Assembly (NCBI GenBank): GCA_964035545.1
Contig: OZ037766.1
Location: forward strand, 4,950,722-5,014,721
From: Bugula neritina
Lineage: Eukaryota > Animalia > Bryozoa
DNA length: 64,000 nucleotides
Direction of reading: 5' to 3'
The position numbers and the translations under genes were made by a program. The notes under the pieces are model-generated. The model was given only the letters and a program-made list of their open reading frames with translations. It was not told where the DNA came from and ran no database searches. Positions 13,804 to 27,508 of the stretch are shown in pieces; position 1 is the stretch's first letter; every line of letters starts with the position of its first letter.

Positions 13804-16566
13804 ATGGTGATAGCCATGGCAGAAAATGTTGATATAAATAGTAGTTCAATATTTCACGAAACCAAAGAACTCTTGAGCAACTTGGTTGATGGGATTGTAG
13901 CTGAAAGTGAACCATCTATGAAAATTTGTGGTAAGTTCGTGGATGATTTACTTGTCATTTATTCATTCACAAAATGTACCAGGCAAAGATATAACAGGTT
14001 TTAATATACGTTTTTGATTATAATCTATTTATATTGGCATTGATCATCTTTAAATAAAACTTATGCATGCTTACCAACACTTCAATTTTTCATAAGATAC
14101 GTGCAGGCAGGATTTATAGATTTTGCACCAACTACATAAAGAATTTATTTAAGCTAAGGAAAAATGAAAAGTAAAACCAATTTTTGATGGTAAAATGTGA
14201 AAATGTATCATAAGAAACTAGCAAAATATTATCAATGAACATTTCATGTGTTTTTGAAAAAAAATACAATATAAGTGAACAGCAATCAATCAAAACTTGA
14301 TAAAATCTAAATTGAAATTTCTAGCATCACAAAAACAAGAAGAACCTGTGTTGTCTAATCAACCGCCATTAAATGGAGCAGAAGATACTTTAGCTACACA
14401 TGAAAATAGGAAGCATGCAGGTGAGCTTCAGCAAACTAAACTCAAACTATTACATTTGATGAGTATTTCAAATAAAAATAATAATTATCATCTAAAATTA
14501 TAATCTATTATCATATAGTGCTATATAATAAATATAATGGTGATTGGGTTTTACTTAGATGTAAATATCAGCTGAAACCTGTGCATCTGTACTATGCATC
14601 TGCTCCTTTACTTGGAGTTGGTCTGATTTTAGATGAAAGTAATGTAAAACCAAATGAAAGTTTGAAATCCAGCTTCACCAAAGAACTGTTGAACCAAAAA
14701 TTGTCTGATCAATTCGAAACTACTAAAGAGGAATCAAATAACCAAAAACATAAAGATGCCCCCAACCTAAAGTCAATAAGTTTAGATGATGGGAGCAATA
14801 CCACAACTGATGTAAAGGTTTTGGGCACATTCAACTATACTATGAAAATCCAGTAGAAAAAAGAAAAACAAATGCCTTTCAATGTGTCAGTTTATACGTT
14901 TCTGATGCCACTCCAGAAATTTTCTTCTCAAATTCAACTCAACAATATTCTCTTAATGGCACTAGCCCCACACAATGTACTAGTAGGCTACTATTGATTA
15001 TTAATTTGAGGAATGATTATTAGTGCACCATCACCCTCATAGGCAGTCTGTCAATACAACAATGACTGACCGATCATATATGCTGCATTACATATGCTTG
15101 CAACCATCTGGGAAACTAAACTAGTGACAATAAAACAATATTATGTGTCAAGGTAGCTCTAATAATATGTTGCAGGAAACAGAGTCTCTGCTCGATAGCA
15201 AGACACATTCCCCAGTTGATAACCAACATCTGAACTTAGTACAGCTAACAACTGGTCTACTTTGGCAGCTAATTGATAGCAAGGAAAAAGCTGACCAATT
15301 ACTCGTTTGCCAAGTATTATATAATATATACATACATATTATATACATATATACTATAATTTATAGATTAAAACATAATACAACATAGGTTTACATATAC
15401 AATATATATTATTTATATATATTATGTTATATATTTACAAAATAGCATAATACACACGATCTAGTCTAGGCAATAAAAATACAAGTATTGAGATAAGATT
15501 AATCAAGCCAATATATTTATAGAATTATGTTTTTTTTACACAATTCAACTTTCTTTTGTGAACATTAGATTTGCTCAGTTGCTCTCTTTTAGAATTTGCT
15601 CGCTGACTTTCTAGAGCAAATACAGAAGATTTTACAAGTATCAGCTACAAGCAACACTGTGGTGAACACATTGAGTGGTCAACAGTCTATCCTCAACATC
15701 TTGGGAGTTTTAACAAGTGAGCCAGTAATGGTTTACAAAAAGTGCAAAGCAAAACATAATATTTAATTTTAATTACGTATTTATCTTGGGTACTGGTTTC
15801 AACATTGCTGCAGCTAGGCATGTAATTGTGCTGCTAAATAAGAAGCATGTTTATAATCTTCCACAGATATGTTGACTTCATGTCTGATAAGAAGCACATT
15901 CTGCGAACAACTGGGGAAAAATTGGACAGTATTTTTAGATCTATGCAATTCTTTATTAGTTCACAGCAATCAGTTGGAGCTTCAAGGACAGATTTCATGG
16001 TGAGCTATGCAATTGGTGCTTCATCATTTTATTCTGTTATATATGAAATGCAGATACAATCTTAACTTTATATTAGCACCCTGGCTGATTTTAATAAAAG
16101 GTATATAATTCCTTTTGTTATTAATATCTGATTAAAATTCTACGTACGTTAAAGATAGATGTTCTGTGTCTTCTCTCATTGCAGAATTTCTATAGCCAGG
16201 TCTTGCATATAACAACTTATAATTTATATTCTAGCATGGTACTGCTTTGTTTAATTAACATCTCCCTTGATAAAAACGGACTGGCACTGCTCAAGCTAGA
16301 TCAATCACTGCAGGAAAATTTGGATATAATTAAGAAAGTTTCAGGTAAATCTTAGATACAGTAGAATTCATCACTTATTCAGATTTTTATGATTTTATTT
16401 CTAAGTTTCAAGTTGAATTGTAGAAATTTCTGAGTGTAGAGAACTGGCGTGTGAATTGTATGAAACACTGTGGGGACAACTAGAACAGGATGAGGAGCCT
16501 AAGAGCAAACGCAAGAAATCAGAGGACTCAAATATTATGCCCAGCCTGTTCACATCTGAGGGTTGA
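13804..16566 (+). CDS. HSF2BP: HSF2BP/MEILB2-like armadillo-repeat protein, multi-exon
   Basis: Spliced C-terminal half TGLLWQLIDSKEKADQLL...NILGVLTNMLTS...CMVLLCLINISLDKNGLALL resembles HSF2BP (TLLWGVSSSEE; LAGIVTNVAA; LMLMSLYNVSINLKGLKYI). Phases are consistent to the stop at 16564-16566. NLS-like PKSKRKK near the C-terminus. Confidence 0.55.
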
Positions 16567-17526
16567 ACTTACTGTGACAAAAGAGTTGATAAGGACCTCG
16601 ACTCACATACTGCATTATTTTAATTTTTTGTTTGAAAACATTCAAGTTAGCATCTTTTTGATTTATAGTGACAAATAAAAAATTTATGGAACATTTCAAC
16701 ATCACTATTTTATAGCAATTTTAGCAAATATTTGAAGTCACTATGTTTGACTACACAAATTGTAAAGCGTATTGAAATTTAAAAGAAGTTGTCCCAATAA
16801 ATCAAGCAGAAATAACGATTACCCAGATATGAACAGTCATGTGCATGATAAAAACTCAAAATATTAATTGTGTAAATAGCATACTTCATTTATATGTGAA
16901 AGCCAAGCTTTAAATCAGTATTTTTCTGGCTGCACAATATATGTTAGAAAAAGTGTTATTGCACCATCAACATTTAAAGATGTTACTGGCTTCAACTTCT
17001 TCAACCAAAGAAACCCATCCTTAATGCAAACAGTTATTTGAAGCTGTAACCTTGGTCATTTTTCACTAGACTTCGAACGGTGCCCGCAGGACACACTTTC
17101 TAATGTACCACAAGGAATTTAGTTAATGGGCATATTGCCATTTTCATAATTCCTTACAGCTACCCTGTTCAGACTCGCCATGTATGTTACAAACTAGACC
17201 AACATTGTTGCAAGGGAATTGATATATTAAAACTTAATTATTGCAACTTTTCTAGATCTTTTTTCATTAATTTTAGGCATAGTATGAAATTATGTACTAT
17301 AAACTACAACACAACAAAACTTTTTAGCTTTATCATAATTGTCACATAGCAAAGAAGTCTCTAGTTATCTAAAATATATTTTTGAAAAATAGTTATTATA
17401 CAAAATTCTGTAAAACTTAAACAACCCAATGAATATTTATTTAAAATATTTCATCAAAAAATTGAAATAGAAAGTGTTTTATAACAAATATACTATTGAA
17501 GAAAATGTAACAGCCATTTGGAATAA

Positions 17527-20284
17527 TTACGCTTCCTCAGCATATTTGGCTATATCCTCTTTATTTTTAGTGAAAAGTTTTAACATGTCAATTTCTAGTG
17601 GATGAACTTTTCCTACTATGATAAGAGAGTGGAGTGGGCCTCCCAGATCTACATTAGTCATTGCTGATAATGTTGCCGCTTCTATCTTTTGATCATCTGC
17701 ACCTACTCTGGCTACACCCACACATAATGTGTTTTCTGTCAGTGCTAAAACAACATGAAACTATTTTATTCACTTTTCATTTAAAAGATTTCTTGTAAAT
17801 AGGACAGTTTTACTGAACATTGTTTAAAGTTGTATTTTACTGGCAATTGATCATTTTACTAAACATGTATGATATGTGACATAACTTACCCAATGATTGG
17901 TCCTTTGACCGCCGGTTTCCAATAATTTCCAATAACTGTTGAGCAGCTTGACTTACAGTCATGTATCTCGGAGGCTCATACACTTTTTTACCTCTGAAAA
18001 TAAATAACTTAATTGTTAAAATAATTATTCCAATAGCTAAAATAGACTAGATCAAAATATACAATCCATAACCATCTATCCATACACTATAAAATTTAAT
18101 TTTGTCCTTACTCATGAACATGCTCATTTGCTTACAGTCAAAATCGCTGTGAATGGTGAGAGTTTTTGTTGTGTGCCAGAATCTAAAGCACCCCCTTAGC
18201 AGAAAAAAAACTAGACTAGTGCTTTTAACAACTGAACCATGGCTGACCCGACAATGTTGAACAACCACTATAAATTAAAACACAATGGTATATAATTATT
18301 TACCTGAGTAGATTTTCAATGGACTGCTCCTTTACTTTAATATCTATAAAACATTATTATCAGTGAAAGACGGAAAACAAATAGCATACCTTTTAGACAA
18401 TTAATATGGTAAGAGAGGTAGTGAGAAACCCCAGAAACAAAATGCCGAAACAATACCTACCAAGTAAACAAAGAGTGTGCATCTGTCTTTCCCGATTAGC
18501 AGCAATTTTGTCATAAAAGCTCTCTGGCCTCCAATTATCAGTCCAAAATACTATTGACACAGTTTCTCCAAAGTTGTACAACTGAACAAATAAAAATGGA
18601 AGAATACAAATTAAATTGGCAGTTATAGAAATATCACATGATGTGCAGATATGTACTGAATTATGTCAACAGAAAACAAAGTAAAGTGCTACAATAAACC
18701 TTTTTACTTACCTGTAAGCCACAGCAGCCAATAGCATTCATGATTGATGCATTGTGTATCACTTTGTATGGAATATTCTTTTCTGTGGCTCTTAGTATAA
18801 AGTCTGTGTGAGTAGTTGCTCTAATAAGACAAGCAGATAGATATTAAATTAAGTTTCCAGCCAGAGCAAACTTTAGGTAAATGTTTACTGAAGATAACTT
18901 GGATCAATTATACCTGTTACCAGAGTTTACCAGCTTATAAAATCTAATAATAGACTACAATACAATACATACCCAAAAGGATCACCAACAACCAACAATG
19001 CAACATCTGCAACTTGAGCATTCTCAAGAATTTCTTCTACAAAGAAATTAAGAAAATGTTAGTTTTTATCTATTTCTTATACTATATTATTTATATGTGT
19101 TGTTCTATTAACTTTTTAAATATTTAGATATGCTTAGCACTTGATATGCCGGAAACAAACCTGCTCCTTGTTCTACAAGATCTCTATCAGCAAGTATTAC
19201 CTCTCTTTGATAAAACTTCTCCTAAAATTTAAATTTTACATTTATAAATGAGTGCTCAACACCAATAGTTTCAGAGAGGCAGCATAATAGTAATAAAAAC
19301 AACGACAAAAAATTACCAAATTGAGATATTGACGAATTGTAAGCGTATAGTTAATAGACATATAAGAGTTGATAGTACCCTATTCTACATTCAGACACAA
19401 AAATCCTTTGACCATGAGCAAAGCTGTGTTGAATAAATTCACATTAAAAAGATTACAGACCTGATTAGCTGGCATTGATGAATGTGTATTTGTAGACACC
19501 ATACCACATTAAAGGTATTTAATGTTATGAGCATGCAATAGCTCTTTGAATATCTAAAGCATTTTTTTGCATGAAGCATATTACTATTAGCGAACTGCTA
19601 CTGAAGTGACTTGCACTAAGTAGATTGTTTTTTTAGGTATATTGTACAAACATATCTGGAGATATTATAATTAAGTTTCCAATGAAAACCAGTCTATAGT
19701 GAAAGTTGTTTCAACACAAAATGCTTTTACATGGTCATCCATTTAGGTAGTAATCAGGCAATTTTCAGCTTTGTGGACAGAAAAATCATGCCCATAGAAT
19801 CTAAGAATGACATTGAGCTTGACGGCATTAGGCTTAGCCATAAATATTATGCAAAAACTATTAGGGTCAAATTTGTATTAATATGATCGATAAGGAAACC
19901 TTCAAGTCCATTAACTTCAAGTTTAAGGCATTAGTGATTACTGATTAGTGATTATGATTTATGATTATAAAAAACTTACAAAATCAGACACTAACACCAA
20001 CAAATTGAGATCTTCACCACCAAATTTTAATGCAATATAATCCATGCAGATAAACAAATCCAATTAAATTTCAGTGAATAATTTATAATTTAACTTTTAA
20101 GTAAATCGGCAAAGTAAAAATAAATTTAAATTAGTATTTTACTATTTACCAACTCGTCTTTTTCCACTCCTAGGATAGAAGTGTAATTCTCTAAATATAC
20201 TTTGTGACAACTTTTAACAATCTCCAACCCCTTAACAGTAATATCTTTAACGCCAGATAACCCCAAACCGATTAAGTACAACAT
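17527..20284 (-). CDS. DPH5: Diphthine methyl ester synthase, 8 exons
   Basis: [87 protein letters not shown] and [11 protein letters not shown] are diagnostic motifs. Confidence 0.97.
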
Positions 20285-21720
20285 TTTTGCTACCAATCTA
20301 TTACTATTACTATTAGATGAAGATTGGCACTTTCCACAAAATTTGTGGCATGAGCGGAAACCGTTAAAACCAAACTAATGCGATTCACTATTATTGCTTA
20401 TGAAAAATAACATAATTGCCTAAAAGTGCAATAATGTTTTTACTCAAAAAAATATTAAAACAAAAATAATTATTTTTAATTTTTATTTACATTTATACTT
20501 ATACCAACTAAAAATTGCAATATATAGTTTAGTTCAAGTATTTAGTTTAAGGCTACAACCATATTTATATATTTTCATAGTGACAATACAGCGGTTTCGT
20601 TTTTGCTATTAGTATTAAACTAGTGCATCGACATCAACTATGGAGATCACACTGATTATAAAATTAGATAATTACAGTATTACTATAAGTATAAGTGGCT
20701 ATTTTTTTGTTTATAATCATTAATTGTGTCTATTTATAAAAATACTTGTTAAATAAATAAACTGATGCTCCTATTTATATTAAATTTATTTGGGTTATTC
20801 TCTACTTTTACTTTAACTTTAAGTTTAAGTTAAACTAAAAGTAAAACTGTACTTATAATTATATTAATAAATTTATAATAATATTATAATTATTAAATTT
20901 AATATTTTAATATTATGATTAATTTTAAATTTAAAAGCTAAAAAGCATCATTATTATGATAGTAATATTGATTATTGGTAACTTCTAACTTGTAACTCAA
21001 ACTGTGAGACTGAAAAAAAACTGAAAGACAGAGTGAGAGTAGGACTAGTCTAACTCTAAGTCCTAAGTAAAACTACTCTGATCACGGTCGTCTTAGGGTT
21101 TGACTAAGGCTAGTGTGAAAAATTGCAGTCCTTCAAGCTCAAATAGTTTTTATTAAAGTAAATATTTGTAATTATGAAAAATTGTCTGCTTGTGAAATGA
21201 TGTAAATTATAATCACTATAACTATTCAACTTGAATGCCAAACTAAAACATAAACTTGCACTAAACTGTTGCTAACTTGTGGTCGACTAAGTTCAAATTG
21301 AATTCTAAGTTGGAAAATCTTGCAAATCTTAGTAGAACACCAAAACTAAGTCAGACCAAACAACTTTGATTTAGTTTCATGTATACCATACACGTATTGA
21401 ATACATGGGCATAACAAGCTATTGAAATTCCGAATGCATTTTTAATTATTATTATTATTAGCATTGGCATGATTTAATTGTTATTTTTTAAAAGAATTTT
21501 AAGACAAATAACCATTTTGTTTGTTGTCGTACACAAACTATTCAATGTGTTGAATTCTTAAATAAATTTGTGCAATTTTTAAGGATGTAGAATAATCTTA
21601 CTTTTCTATTAAACATCTTTCAAGGCATTGCTTTTATTAATGTTTTATCACTATAAATGTATTTATACTTTTTATTGAGCCTGTAATGTTTTACTTTTTT
21701 TTGTAGTGAACCCAGATGAC

Positions 21721-24700
21721 ATGGGCTGTAATACTTCTCAAAACGTGTCCGTACATCAAGACACTTTTAGCTACATTGAATATGAGGGGCGTGGCAATGA
21801 TTATTTAAACTATTCATATTATCAGACATATTTTAAAAACTCTAATGATCAGACCCTGTGGAATGACTATTATCGCATACGGAATGTTTATGAAACATCT
21901 CAACAAAATAGTGGAAGTAATGAAGCATCAGGGACAGACGATTTTGACCAATATAAACATTGGCATGACCATAAGCAACACCAAGGAAAGATCACATCAC
22001 AAAAAGAGGAACAATATAAATCTAAAGTTGATATGGTTGTTGAAAATCCTACTGCTGAGATTATAGCTGCTGGTAATGTAACTCCTTTTAAAATAGTTAT
22101 CTTGAAAAGTATTGTATTTTCGTTCTTTTCAGTAATACTTTTATTTTCAAAAAACTATTGAATGATGAATAGGTTGTTGTGTTTGGTTTATGGTTAATAT
22201 AGTATGAATTAGTAAGATTCATTCAACTTATACCAATTAATTAAACAAAGCATGTTGTTTTTGAGCTTTGTAATGTATGCAATTAATAATACTTTATAAT
22301 TATTACATATGTGCTAATTATTTTTGCAATTCACCAAATGCATTAAAAAAAGATATTCTTTTAGTGAAATTGCTTTCTTTACTAAGAATTTTTATGCGAA
22401 CCTATTTTTTATGTCTTACAGATGAACCAGATTGCATAACAGGCGAGGCAACTGAACTGCGGATGGGACTCAAAACCGTTGGTACAGCTCTGCGTATAAC
22501 TATAATCAAGAAAAAAGAAGGTACGGCTAGTTGAAGTTGAAAATATTTTGTATAAAAAATAATCTTATACATAATTTTTTTAGAGTGCAATTCTTGAGTC
22601 TATTTCATTCCTGACTAACTCTAACCCAAAAATGAAAACACTTTTAGATAAATAACTTCTTTTATTTAAACTTGATTTCATATTATTTTTGCCTTCAAGT
22701 AGCTTTTAACACACAGAAGTATTTTGAATATCCGGTATGAAGTATTGGTATAATATTTTGTAGAATGTAGCCAAGGGCCTGCACAACTGAAAGTAAAGGT
22801 TTTAGACACATTACATTTTGACAAACCTGACATTGACTTTATCACTCGTCGGCCTACCTTGCAGCCTGGTCACAAGTATATCGACAAGGAATTTGAATGC
22901 TCTAAAGCATTGGGAAAATATTTTGACCAGTTTCAGTGGAAAAGACCACAGGTTATTTATATTATTTAAATTATTAATGACTTTTTGTCACAAATACTGG
23001 AAATGCTACCTTTTAAATTTCTGTTAATTTATTATGCAGCCTTTTCCAAATAAATTTACATCAACTTTGTTCTCTCCGTTTTTGTTTACTGCACAATTAT
23101 TTGTTTTTCAGACATTTCGAAAAAAATGAATAATATTTTTTAAAGTTATGGTTTATTTGAAATGTTGTAATGAATATTTTGAAGAAGTAACTGTAGTATA
23201 CCAAGAATGCATAAATTCAGAGTATATGTTTTTATGTCATAGGAAATTCTTCCAGATAAAGAAATCTGCCTCTTCCACGAGGGCACATCAATGGCTGATG
23301 TAGACCAAGGAAAGTTTGGCTCTTGTTACTTCTTAGCAGTTCTAGCAGGTCTTGCAACACAGCCTGAGGTTATGAGACAGGTATACTGCTATTTTCAATG
23401 AGTTCTCTAACTGTAGAACCTGAAATTTTAAAATTTATAGTTAAAATTCAGATTTACAGTATGTTGATGTTAATTTTTTGCTCTTGTTTTCTGATGCAGA
23501 TTATTTTACCCGATGCATATGATATTAAGAATGGGGTTTTCCACTGTCGTTTTTGGAAATTTGGTCAGTGGATTGATGTGTATGTTGATGATTACTTGCC
23601 GTGTGATTCAAATGGATTAGTTGGCTGCCAGTCTAATGATTATTCTGGTGAGATGTGGACTCCTTTATTAGAAAAAGCCTACGCTAAGTAAGTATTTCTT
23701 TTGTTGAACCAGTATTCAAAGTTATAAAGGACTTTGATAAACAATAGCATAATACCTAAAGCAATAACCTAATAATATTATTTATAGGAGGGTATTGGTG
23801 GCAAATTTACTTGCCAGCATTTTGTGACATTTTACTGTAAGTGACTGAAAGGTGTTTGTGGATGACGTGTGTTAGTAACTGATATGTGTTTGTGGATGAC
23901 AAATATTTGGTGGCAGACAGGTGCTGGTGCCAGACAGGTGCTGGTGACTCATGTGTTGGTGGTTACCAAATCTAACCAACAAGCAATATAAAAATATGCA
24001 GCTTGTCTGTAATGCATCTGGTGATCATTTTATAGATTTATGGGCTCATATCCCAACATGGAGTGTGGAATACCCAGAGATGCGTACGTAGCTCTGACAG
24101 GTGGTTGTGCTGAGTGGTTGCCGCTCACCTACTACAAGTTTGATCTCTCAGCTGTGTACAACCGGATTGCTAACGCCTTGAAACACGCATCTGTTGTGGT
24201 CTGCTCATCTACTGTAAGCTTATCTTGTATTGGGCGTCTACTCATTTATCTCTTATCTTACCTCAAATGTCTACTCAGGTGTAGACATTTGAGTTTGTTT
24301 AAGTTTATTGCTATAAAACGTTGAAATATTTTGTTTTACCGAATAAAAAGAATGTAGAAATTGATGATTTTAAACTCTGAGTTCTTATATGCCTACACTT
24401 CATGTTAACATGGTGGGGGAGGGGGCATCATTCATTATATGAAGTTGCATATAGCAGGTGTTCGTGATGGTGCATGTGTTGTGTTAAATATTGATGAATC
24501 ATGTAAGATAAACCACTATGATGATGATGAAATAATTTTATTGTATTAAATTTTCATGTCAATATTTAAGCATTTGTTATGGATATATTTTAGCCGACTG
24601 AGGAAAAAAAAGAACAGGTTGTAGAGCAAAATATAGTATTAAATCATGCATATACTGTGACTGCTACTGCCATTGTAAGTTGAATAAGCATATGATATAC

Positions 24701-27508
24701 TCTAATAGTTGCATTATATATTTTGTATTATATTAATTCAATTCAAAACACGGTTGGGTGAGAAAAATTGGTCATATCTATAATATGTTATATAAGATTT
24801 TCAAATGATATTATTAAAAGCTGGTATGTATTGTCATTTGCAGCTAACTCAAACAAACGTTTTCATGAATTCGATCTTTTTCGTTTCTAGTATTAGAGAC
24901 ACTATAAATTTAACTTCAGGTATATACATTAGGAAAATATCCATTTTTGTGTTGTGAAGTATTAGCCTATCAGCTGTAATACTAATATAGTGAACTCGTG
25001 ATAGCCTTGTGTGCTTATTCATAATTGAACGTCAGTTCACACTAAAATTAAGTAGACAACTCTCAATGTGTAAGAAAAATATTGTTTGTGCAGTCGGTAA
25101 TGTACATCATATTATTTCATTGATATAATGAGTTATATGTTGCATTTACAAAGGTAGAACGAAATGGAGGTGTTAGAGAATCTCTAGTAAAGCTTAGGAA
25201 TCCCTGGTCACATAAAGAGTGGACTGGAGCCTGGGGTGATAAGTAAGTATAGTACAAATATAATATCCAATCTGCTAAAATGTGTATTTAATGTGGAATT
25301 TCAAAATAAAGTACAAGTGGATATATGAAACCAAAGTTTTGCAGTTTAAATTAGATAGTTAAAGATTTGTTTGTTATGAGTGTTGGCATACTGTCGTTTA
25401 AACCAGACTTCTAGAGTCTTCTAAACCAATAACTACTCAGATTTGTTTTCAAGGTCATCCGAATGGTACACCATAGATAGATCTCAAAGAGCTCAGCTTC
25501 ATGAAATTGAAGACAATGGAGAATTTTGGATGTCATGGGATGATTTCTGGAACATATTTACAGACATTTCAATTTGTTCTATCACTCCAGACTATGATCA
25601 TGATGGGTTGAGTGACGGGCTAGGTATGCTATTGTAGATATAATCAATCATGTGGTGTAATGGCTGCAGTAGCTTATGTCACCGAAACATAACAATAGTA
25701 TGCAAGTGACAAATCATAGTTGTATATCTTTTATGTATAAATTTGCTGTGAAATGTGTTTTGATGTTTCATTTCATTAAAAAATATTTTGTGAATATCTT
25801 TAGACAACCTAGTCTGCATTTATGGAGAGTGGGCAGGAAAATACACTGGTGGCTGGGAAAACGTCACGAATAATCCTACGTTTGAGTTTCGTGTTCCTAA
25901 AACTGGTAAGTAGCAGTGATTATAACTGATTTTTTCTTAAATATTCACTTCGACCACTAATCAGCAAAATAAATTCTAAGAGAATTATTTAATTGCATCG
26001 TCTGTCAAAAGACAACGTTTTGAGAAAAAACTATTATTATTATTTAAGTAATAAAGGCCACATACTAAATACTTGTTTGCGACTGCCATTTCAAACTAAA
26101 GTTCTTAAACTTGTTAGATCTCAAAACATTAGCTTCTTGATTTTTATTTATTATAACTAATGCTGCATTTACTAATTTACTGCCTGGTCTTTGCTTCATC
26201 AAATCACCATTTTTTCTCTGATCATGTGCCCTGCATGTGGAAGCAACATTCATTGGAAAGGAATCATAAAAACTATTTATTCTTATTTGAAAAATATCAT
26301 GTTGACACTTCATCATAAACTTCTTTACATTGCAACTGCCTTTTTCGTTTTAGGAATTTTTTCATGTCTTCATTTTTCTGCAGATTTCTCTGCTACTTTA
26401 TTCATTAATTTATATTTGTCAGTATTGCTACTTGTTTACTTAGCCCAGGGTCCAGTGAACATTCTGATTCAGTGCTTACAGAAGGTGCCCAATGGAGTTT
26501 ATAAAACTAGTGCTACTAATATTCTTCTCAAACACGCTAAAGTAGGTGCATAAGTTTTATAGTTTTACAGCACATTATCATTGTTCTTAGGCGTTTGCTG
26601 ACGTCATCATTAAAATATGTTGAATTACTAGATATCTATTTCTTGGAAAAATATTGTATATCATGGCTTGAAAACAAATATGCTGGTTATTCAAATTTGT
26701 GTTTATGTTGAAAATAAAATTTTATCCCTGAGATGATAAAAGCCAGGTAGCATTTTTATTAAACATTTTATATCATAAATTTATTAATCATCAACTAACC
26801 AATCTTGCTTTTCATTGTGAAGTATTAATGAGATGAATGCTAATGTTCTATCACAGAGTAAGAATGTGGAAGATGAGTATATTGGTGCAGACTCTCTAAG
26901 GTACAGCACTGCCAACCCTCTGTCTCGAAGGTTCACGGCACATGCTGGAGGGAAGTATCAGATCATCCCCAGCAAGTATCTGGAAGGGGAAACTGGAAAA
27001 TTTCTTTTACGAGTCTTCAGCAAAATATCTCTTGAGATTAAGTAGGTGTTTGCTAATTTATTATATAACTAAATTATGTGCAGTTCGTGTTGAATTTTCA
27101 TGTTTGTAGTAGTGTATGTGTTGTTTACTTACTGAGGGTATTATAACATGTTATTTATGCGTTTAATGCATTTTAATCTAAGAAAGCCGAAACTAAAATA
27201 TAATATTTTGAGTAATTTGTTTTTTACTTCACTTTATGAGATATTTCAATTAAGAGCTGAACTATGTCTTCAAAGTAATATATTGGTGTGGATATTAAAA
27301 CCACACTGATACTGGAACATGCTTGGACAAAATATTTATAATTTGACTTATTGTATATTTTTAAGAAGAAAACTCCAAATCAGATGAACAATTTCAACAT
27401 TTTGAATGAGTCTAAATGCATCATAGTTTGTTTGATATAAATATAACTGACAGATGTCTTTTATTTTGTTATAGACCTGTTGGACGCCGGAAAACAAGAA
27501 AGCTTTAA
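21721..27508 (+). CDS. Atypical calpain (CysPc + C2-like/CBSW domain, no penta-EF-hand), multi-exon
   Basis: WKRP, DVDQGKFGSCYFLA (catalytic Cys), FGQWIDVYVDDYLP, EMWTPLLEKAYAK, NHAYTVT (His), LRNPW (Asn), GEFWMS; domain III GEW..TGG..NNP and YQIIPS..GETGKFLLRVFS; ends KPVGRRKTRKL*. Confidence 0.9.

Noticed and set aside
15847-16678. ORF-track peptides of 72 aa and 62 aa as separate proteins
   Set aside because: Wrong frames over exons of the HSF2BP-like gene; splice phases support other frames.
23850-23960. Short direct repeats (gtgtttgtggatgac x2; cagacaggtgctggtg x2) in a calpain intron
   Set aside because: Ordinary local slippage duplications with no further structure.
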